This document shows, one piece after another, positions 58,324 to 64,000 of a DNA stretch of 64,000 nt; position 1 is the stretch's first letter; each line of letters starts with the position of its first letter. The stretch is from assembly GCA_029865605.1 (NCBI GenBank), contig JAOUGE010000004.1:2562-66561 (forward strand), written 5' to 3'. Source of the DNA: Candidatus Berkelbacteria bacterium (GTDB taxonomy: Bacteria > Patescibacteriota > UBA1384 > DTJR01). The translations under genes and the position numbers were made by a program. Under the pieces are notes generated by a model. The model searched no databases, was not told the origin of the DNA, and saw only the letters and a list, made by a program, of their open reading frames with translations.

Positions 58324-58620
58324 TTGATTGTAAATATTATTTTAAATAAGTGGGTTGTGCTGGCCTTGGGGGCGTTCTTTATGCTGGTTGGCTTAAAGCC
58401 CGATTGGGTAATGAAAGCCGTTTCATTCACCGGTAAAATGTGGTGGGCGGAAAATCGCTTGGGGCGGGGCGGAACCTTTACAGTATGGAAAATTATTGGT
58501 ATACTGGCGCCGATCGCAGCAATATACTATTTCTTTACTGGCGGTATTCATTTTGACACCCCAAAAGTTTCAGATGAACCCGCCAGCTATGACGAGGGCT
58601 ACACAGACTATAATTATTAA
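58324..58620 (+). CDS. Small membrane protein
   Basis: SD AAGGAGG, two TMs, G...WAE..LG.GGT...WK..G motif. Confidence 0.75.
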   Translation: MIVNIILNKWVVLALGAFFMLVGLKPDWVMKAVSFTGKMWWAENRLGRGGTFTVWKIIGILAPIAAIYYFFTGGIHFDTPKVSDEPASYDEGYTDYNY

Positions 58621-58623
58621 CTT

Positions 58624-58699
58624 GGGCCATTAGCTCATTCGGTAGAGCGTCTCCCTTGCACGGAGAAGGTGGCCGGTTCGAATCCGGCATGGTCCACCA
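58624..58699 (+). tRNA. tRNA-Ala (TGC)
   Basis: Acceptor GGGCCAT/ATGGTCC with G3:U70, anticodon arm TCTCC-CTTGCAC-GGAGA, encoded CCA. Confidence 0.96.
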
Positions 58700-58702
58700 C
58701 TA

Positions 58703-59560
58703 ATGTTAAAGGAGTACAGTATGATGCGAGGCGAAACAGTTGAGAGCGCGCCAACGGGTGATTTTAGCGTCCCAGAGGACGAACAAAAAGCCGAAGTTGT
58801 TTTAAAAGATGTGTACGACCTGAAAAAAAGAATTAAAGTGGGTGAGGGCGAGGTATCGGCAGAAGAATACCATTCAGTTTTTGACAGGGCTTTAAGTAGG
58901 ATAAAAGATGACCATAGCCAAGGCAGGTCAACTCAAGAACAATTGATAGATGAGCTGAGCGGATTATCGAGATTGCAAAACGAGGTTGGGGCGATGGTTT
59001 TTCAAAGATTAAAATCCGCGAGGATTGATCAGTTAACTGATCTGCCGACAGCTGATTTTTTTAATATTCAAGTTCAGGAGATGTTGGATAAACAAAGAGA
59101 GTATGTTCGGGATGAAGAAGCGGAGTTTTTGACAATAGCGATTTTAATCGATGTTAATGAGCTTAAACCGATCAATGACCAAATTGGGCATAAGGCAGGC
59201 AATGTTGCCTTGAGGGAAGTCGCGAGGGTGATAATGGCCAAACTGCGCGAAGGCGACCCGATACGGTATCGGGAGCATGCCGCGGCCGGCCGGATAGGCG
59301 GGGACGAATTTGTTGTTGTAATAGACAGAGTTTTTAGCAAGACGGATGATTCCACAACCATTAGCGAATTTGTTGATAAAACCATTGAAAGATTCAGACG
59401 CGACTTTTCAATGATTGATTTCAAATATCAGGATGAAACCTATAGTGTTTCTGCTACAGTCGGCTTTGCCTATACGACTGAGTTTGTGGATACCGGCCCG
59501 GAAAAGCTACTTGAAATGGCAGATAAGGATATGTATTTTCACAAGCCGAAAAAAAGATAG
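58703..59560 (+). CDS. GGDEF (diguanylate cyclase-like) domain protein
   Basis: DQLTDLP, DVNELKPINDQIGHKAGN, RIGGDEF, AD..MY. Start may be a later ATG after SD AAGGAG. Confidence 0.85.
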   Translation: MLKEYSMMRGETVESAPTGDFSVPEDEQKAEVVLKDVYDLKKRIKVGEGEVSAEEYHSVFDRALSRIKDDHSQGRSTQEQLIDELSGLSRLQNEVGAMVFQRLKSARIDQLTDLPTADFFNIQVQEMLDKQREYVRDEEAEFLTIAILIDVNELKPINDQIGHKAGNVALREVARVIMAKLREGDPIRYREHAAAGRIGGDEFVVVIDRVFSKTDDSTTISEFVDKTIERFRRDFSMIDFKYQDETYSVSATVGFAYTTEFVDTGPEKLLEMADKDMYFHKPKKR

Positions 59561-59628
59561 TTTTTGAGTCTTATAATTTAAGTTGCGGGTTGCTTCTTCT
59601 TTAGATATAATCGTTTTGAGGAGAAAAG

Positions 59629-59793
59629 ATGTTAAAAAAGATCTTAATATCTATTTTAGTCATTTTGATCGTTGTGGTGGCGATAGTCGCCTTCGCTCGA
59701 GTAGCGACCGGTGAAGATAACTGGATCTGCGTAAACAGTGAGTGGGTAAAGCATGGTAATCCCTCAAGTCCGATGCCGGACGGCGGGTGCTGA
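59629..59793 (+). CDS. 54-aa membrane-anchored peptide (not in ORF track)
   Basis: SD GAGGAG; MLKKILISILVILIVVVAIVAFARVATGEDNWICVNSEWVKHGNPSSPMPDGGC. Confidence 0.75.
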   Translation: MLKKILISILVILIVVVAIVAFARVATGEDNWICVNSEWVKHGNPSSPMPDGGC

Positions 59794-59808
59794 AATAGCT
59801 AAAGGACA

Positions 59809-61299
59809 ATGGAAAAACAAGAATCAAAGGCCGAAGCGGAGACCGAAACCAAGCTTGAGAATTTAAATAAGCTGAAAGAGAAGGGTGTTAATCCTTATCC
59901 CTCGAAAGTAAAGGATAGAATTCTAATTAATGAGGCGCTTAAAAAAGAAGGTGAAAGGGTTTCTGTTGCCGGCAGGACGGTTTCAATTCGCGAGCATGGC
60001 AAGAGTCTTTTTGCTGATATTTATGACGAGTCGGGCAAAATTCAGATTTATCTCAAAATTGATCTCTTGGGAGAGGAAAAATTTAATGGTTTTAAACTTA
60101 TTGACGTTGGGGACATAATTGAGGCCTCGGGGGAGGTGTTTAAAACACAGGCTGGTGAGATTTCGATAAAAGTCGAGGACTATAGGCTTTTAGCTAAGAC
60201 TCTTGCCCCAATCCCATCTAGTTGGTATGGGTTGCGCGATGTTGAGGTGCGCTACCGCAAAAGATTTTTGGATTATATAGTAAATGAAAAGGCTCGAGAT
60301 AATTTGAAGACCCGTTCTCGCCTAATCAGTTTTTTAAGGCGCTTTATGGATGAGAATGATTTTATTGAAGTGGAAACCCCGATTTTGCAGGCAATTCCCG
60401 GAGGGGCAGCGGCCAAACCCTTTGTTACTCACTGTAATATTCTCGACCATGACTTTTATTTGCGCATCGCCCCCGAACTTTATTTAAAGCGCTTAACGGT
60501 AGGGGGTTTTGAAAAAGTTTACGAAATCGGGCGCGCTTTTAGAAATGAAGGTCTTTCCCATATGCACAATCCCGAATTTACGATTTTCGAATTTTATTGG
60601 GCCTATGTGGACTACGAGTTTTTGATGGAATTTACCGAAAAGATGGTAAAAGAAGCGGTTAAAGAAATTAAAGGATCGCTTCAAATTGAGTACCAGGGTA
60701 AAAAAATCGATTTTGAAAAACCGTTTGGAAAAATCACTTTTCGGGATTTGGTTATGCAGGATTGCGGAATTGATATTGATCAATTTAAAGATTTCGAAAG
60801 TCTTAAAAATGAAATTCTGGCCAAGGATATTAAAATCGAAACGATGAATGAAGTAAAGGTTTGGTCCAAACTTGTCGACGAACTTTATAAAAAAGTTTCA
60901 AGAGAGAAAATTATTGAGCCGATTTTTGTCGTTGATCACCCGGTTGAGCTTACGCCATTGGCCAAGAAAAAGGAGGATGACCCGACTAAGGCGCAGAGGT
61001 TTCAGTTGGTTACTGGTGGCGGCTTAGAATTGGTAAACGCTTACACAGAGTTAAATGACCCCTTAGACCAAGAGCAGAGATTTAAGCAGCAGCTCGAAAT
61101 GAAAAAAGCCGGCTGGGAAGAGACACAGGACTTTGACGCTAATTTCATTGAAGCGTTGAAAGTTGGGCTTCCTCCCACCGCCGGATGGGGGATGGGTATA
61201 GAGCGTTTCGTTATGCTTTTGACTGATCAGTACTCAATTAAGGAAGTAATTGCCTTCCCGACATTACGTCCTAAGAACAAAGAAGGTGAAGAAGCTTGA
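59809..61299 (+). CDS. lysS: Lysine--tRNA ligase (class II)
   Basis: EVETPILQ, GGAAAKPF, LRIAPELYLKRL, FRNEG, PPTAGWGMGIER. Confidence 0.97.
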   Translation: MEKQESKAEAETETKLENLNKLKEKGVNPYPSKVKDRILINEALKKEGERVSVAGRTVSIREHGKSLFADIYDESGKIQIYLKIDLLGEEKFNGFKLIDVGDIIEASGEVFKTQAGEISIKVEDYRLLAKTLAPIPSSWYGLRDVEVRYRKRFLDYIVNEKARDNLKTRSRLISFLRRFMDENDFIEVETPILQAIPGGAAAKPFVTHCNILDHDFYLRIAPELYLKRLTVGGFEKVYEIGRAFRNEGLSHMHNPEFTIFEFYWAYVDYEFLMEFTEKMVKEAVKEIKGSLQIEYQGKKIDFEKPFGKITFRDLVMQDCGIDIDQFKDFESLKNEILAKDIKIETMNEVKVWSKLVDELYKKVSREKIIEPIFVVDHPVELTPLAKKKEDDPTKAQRFQLVTGGGLELVNAYTELNDPLDQEQRFKQQLEMKKAGWEETQDFDANFIEALKVGLPPTAGWGMGIERFVMLLTDQYSIKEVIAFPTLRPKNKEGEEA

Positions 61300-61365
61300 T
61301 CTGTAAAGTCCGTTCTCTGATTTCTTTCTTGCAATCAAGAGAATAATCGTGATAATGAGTGGTAA

Positions 61366-61842
61366 ATGAGAAAACTAATCGCTTACTATTCAAGGACGGG
61401 GAGGAACAGGGTTCTGGCAGAAGAACTCCGGAGAACAATTGGTGCTGACATTGAAGAAATCGTTGAGCTAAAAAATCGCAGGGGTACTTGGGGTTACTTA
61501 ACGGGCGGGTTGGATTCACTGCTTTGGCTTAAAACGAAAATAAAGCAGTATGAGCTCAATCCGAGCGATTATGCTCTTACAGTAATTGTCGCTCCGATTT
61601 GGTTTTTTAGAATCCCGCCGCCTGTAAGAACTTATCTCACTCAGAACAAGGCGAACTTTAGAAAGCTTGCTTTTTTGTCTGTCTGTGGCCGGGGTGATAG
61701 AAATACTAAAGCTACAGCCGAGATAGCAAAGATTATTGAAGAGCCGGTTTCGGCCGAACTTATGTTAGATGAAGAAGAATTTGATCAGAATAAATACCGC
61801 CGTAAATTTGCCGAGTTCGCCACAAGAATTATCTCTTGCTGA
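61366..61842 (+). CDS. Flavodoxin-like protein
   Basis: YYSRTGRN, PIW, PPVRTYL. Confidence 0.75.
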   Translation: MRKLIAYYSRTGRNRVLAEELRRTIGADIEEIVELKNRRGTWGYLTGGLDSLLWLKTKIKQYELNPSDYALTVIVAPIWFFRIPPPVRTYLTQNKANFRKLAFLSVCGRGDRNTKATAEIAKIIEEPVSAELMLDEEEFDQNKYRRKFAEFATRIISC

Positions 61843-61910
61843 GATCGATAAAGTTAAAGACATGAATGGCGATTAAGAGCAGTTATGATAATTGAAGACA
61901 AGGGGCAAAA

Positions 61911-62372
61911 ATGACGAAAAGATCATGGCAGGAGAAACTAAGGGACAGTAAAGATTTGCCGAAGATTGTGAAAATGAGCAAAGAACAGGCGAAAAAGTGG
62001 GGAGGGGAGACATTGGCCATTCCCTCGCCTCTTGAGATTGATGAGTTAATGAAAAAAGTCCCGAAAGGTAAGGTGACGACAGTGGCGAAATTACGAGAAA
62101 AAATTGCTAAAAAGCACAAAGCAAAGGTTGGCTGTCCCCTCACCTGCGGAATTTTTTCTTGGATCGCCGCTTATGCTGCCGAGGAAGCTCGTGCCGAGGG
62201 CAAAAAAAGCATCACTCCTTGGTGGCGAACACTTAAGGGTCAAGGCGAACTTAATCCTAAATATCCGGGCGGCGAAGATACGCAGATGAAAAAACTCAAA
62301 GCGGAGGGAATTATATTTGAGCAAAAAGGCAAAAAAGCGATTGTTAAAGATTTGGAGAAATATCTGATTTAG
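61911..62372 (+). CDS. MGMT-family / alkyltransferase-like DNA-binding protein
   Basis: VPKGKVTT, CPLT.GIF, PWWR (Trp in place of catalytic Cys), LNPKYPGG. Confidence 0.8.
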   Translation: MTKRSWQEKLRDSKDLPKIVKMSKEQAKKWGGETLAIPSPLEIDELMKKVPKGKVTTVAKLREKIAKKHKAKVGCPLTCGIFSWIAAYAAEEARAEGKKSITPWWRTLKGQGELNPKYPGGEDTQMKKLKAEGIIFEQKGKKAIVKDLEKYLI

Positions 62373-63116
62373 ATGACTATCTTACTCTGGATTATTTTAT
62401 CAGGGATTATTCTGGCGCTGATCTCATTAACGGGCGCCCTGGTACTGGTTTTAACGAAATCCAAATTTGAAAAAATCATAGAATTTTTAGTTGCTTTCGC
62501 CGCCGGTGCGCTTTTGGCTGGCGCGTTTTTTCATCTAATTCCGGAGGCGGTCGAAGGAATGGGCAACAATCTGCCGGTTTATCTTTGGATTGTCGGAGGG
62601 ATAGTCGCATTTGGAATTTTGGAACAGTATATCCACTGGCATCACTGTCACCTGCCACCAGGTGAGCATAAAGAACCGTTCTCATATCTCATACTTGTTG
62701 CCGACACTGTTCACAATTTAATCGACGGGCTGGCGGTCGGAGCGAGCTTTCTAGTATCTTCTGGGGTTGGGATTGCCACGACTCTGGCAGTGATTGCTCA
62801 CGAGGTTCCTCAAGAGCTCGGGGATTTTGGAATTTTAATTCACGGCGGCTGGGAAAAATCGAAGGCGATTTGGTTTAATTTCTTTTCATCCATTACATTT
62901 ATAATCGGCGCGCTTCTAATTTATTTTTTAAGGACGAATATAAACCCGTCTTTCCTTCTTGCTTTCGCCGCCGGCAGCTTCATCTACATTGGGGCGGTTG
63001 ATATAATTCCGGAGATTACCCGCGCCTGCGAGCCGCGGCAGAAAATTACCCGCTATTCTTTTTTTGTTCTTGGCATTTTAATTTTTCTAGCTATAAAATT
63101 GCTGTTGAGTGAATAG
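62373..63116 (+). CDS. ZIP family metal transporter
   Basis: AFAAGALL, HWHHCH, HNLIDG, HEVPQELGDFG. Confidence 0.93.
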   Translation: MTILLWIILSGIILALISLTGALVLVLTKSKFEKIIEFLVAFAAGALLAGAFFHLIPEAVEGMGNNLPVYLWIVGGIVAFGILEQYIHWHHCHLPPGEHKEPFSYLILVADTVHNLIDGLAVGASFLVSSGVGIATTLAVIAHEVPQELGDFGILIHGGWEKSKAIWFNFFSSITFIIGALLIYFLRTNINPSFLLAFAAGSFIYIGAVDIIPEITRACEPRQKITRYSFFVLGILIFLAIKLLLSE

Positions 63117-63208
63117 ATATTGAATATTTTTTAAAGAGGGCTAATCTATAATTAGCCGTTCGTGACTATGCGAGCGGAAAACAACTCAGGGCTAAAGGAG
63201 GGATTGAC

Positions 63209-63442
63209 TTGAGCTATCCGGGACGGCGTCGAAAGGGCTCGGAGGTTACGGCCCGCGTCAGCCGGCTATGTCGCTCTCCGGGTCTAGGCGACAACGGAGA
63301 GGATGTGATGGAGGAGGCACAGCGGAGCGCCGAGCGGGCCTCCAGCGACTTCCTTGAGGGGTATGACGGGCGGGACATGGTCACCGATGATGGCCGGCTG
63401 ATCCACGAGGGGTACAGCGACGCTGGGTCAGACCCGCCCTAG
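63209..63442 (+). CDS. GC-rich 77-aa orphan
   Basis: SD AAGGAGG before TTG; transcript ends complementary (63155-63168 / 63440-63453). Confidence 0.55.
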   Translation: MSYPGRRRKGSEVTARVSRLCRSPGLGDNGEDVMEEAQRSAERASSDFLEGYDGRDMVTDDGRLIHEGYSDAGSDPP

Positions 63443-63565
63443 CGACGAACGGCGACAGGGGGCGAGTCGACCCTTACGCGTTGTATATCGATCGAGAAAT
63501 CATTTTTATAGCTTCTTGTTTTTGGACTAAAGTTAAAAGTAAATGCGTCGGGGAGAAGACGCCTC

Positions 63566-63593
63566 TTGACAATTATGAACATATGTTCATAAT
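63566..63593 (+). promoter_or_regulatory. Promoter with 22-bp perfect palindromic operator
   Basis: TTGACA, then ATTATGAACATATGTTCATAAT (63572-63593) ending in -10 CATAAT. Confidence 0.8.
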
Positions 63594-63610
63594 AGTATTG
63601 GAGTCTAATT

Positions 63611-63895
63611 ATGTCGAGAACAAAAAAATGTCGGTGTGTTGAGTTCAAGCCAAGCTGCCTTTGTTTCAAGCCCCAAGGAAAAAGGAGCAAGTGTGGTTGT
63701 GAAGTAAGTCTTTTCGAAGACGAGCTCGAGAGTATTAAATTGATTGATTTTGATGGTTTGGACCAGCTAGGTGCGGCGAGAAAAATGAAAGTTTCACGAG
63801 TGACCGTTCAGCGAATTTATAAAAGTGCTCGTGAGAAAATAGCCAATGCTCTTATTCTAGGTAAAGAGATTGCATTTAGAAGGGGAGGTGATTGA
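63611..63895 (+). CDS. DUF134 (UPF0251) HTH protein
   Basis: R.KKCR.V, FKP.G, DELESI.L.D..GL.Q..AA.KM.VSR.T.QRI..SAR.KIA.AL..GK.I. Confidence 0.9.
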   Translation: MSRTKKCRCVEFKPSCLCFKPQGKRSKCGCEVSLFEDELESIKLIDFDGLDQLGAARKMKVSRVTVQRIYKSAREKIANALILGKEIAFRRGGD

Positions 63896-63896
63896 G

Positions 63897-63983
63897 ATGT
63901 CATGCTGCTGTTGCTGCAAGTGCTGTAAGTGCGATGAATGCACCTGCTGCGAAGAAGATGGAAAGGAAGAGTCGGATAAATAA
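63897..63983 (+). CDS. 28-aa metallothionein-like peptide (not in ORF track)
   Basis: SD GGAGGTG; MSCCCCCKCCKCDECTCCEEDGKEESDK, 11 Cys. Confidence 0.65.
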   Translation: MSCCCCCKCCKCDECTCCEEDGKEESDK

Positions 63984-64000
63984 ACCGTCTCGTTTGTATG

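Noticed and set aside
1-64000. Alternative genetic code (UGA recoded)
   Set aside because: TGA terminates conserved genes such as frr, clpP, pgk and lysS at expected positions.

Overview
Chromosomal segment of a small-genome bacterium, most likely a Candidate Phyla Radiation (Patescibacteria) member. This is inferred from the divergent stand-alone 16S gene, CPR-typical gene families and compact housekeeping proteins; genetic code 11. Housekeeping genes: folD, ligA, gatC/A/B, prmC-prfA-rpmE, rpsB-tsf-frr-rseP, tpiA-pgk-fba, tig-clpP, lysS, 16S rRNA, tRNA-Ile and tRNA-Ala. Notable structure: (1) seven ~550-575 aa paralogous Cys-rich cytoplasmic proteins in three tandem arrays (~12 kb), with conserved, locally homogenised C-termini and variable cores; (2) several GC-rich stand-alone orphan transcription units whose 5' and 3' ends are complementary, including a probable novel ncRNA; (3) a dispersed rRNA operon (16S, tRNA-Ile, tRNA-Ala about 7 kb apart) in which the intact tRNA-Ile is nested in a fragmented second tRNA; (4) a 28-aa, 11-Cys metallothionein-like peptide behind a DUF134 gene with a perfect palindromic operator; (5) small palindromic and heptamer repeat elements, some in-frame in essential genes. 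No integrase, transposase, reverse transcriptase or CRISPR array was seen. All calls are by eye; no searches were run.
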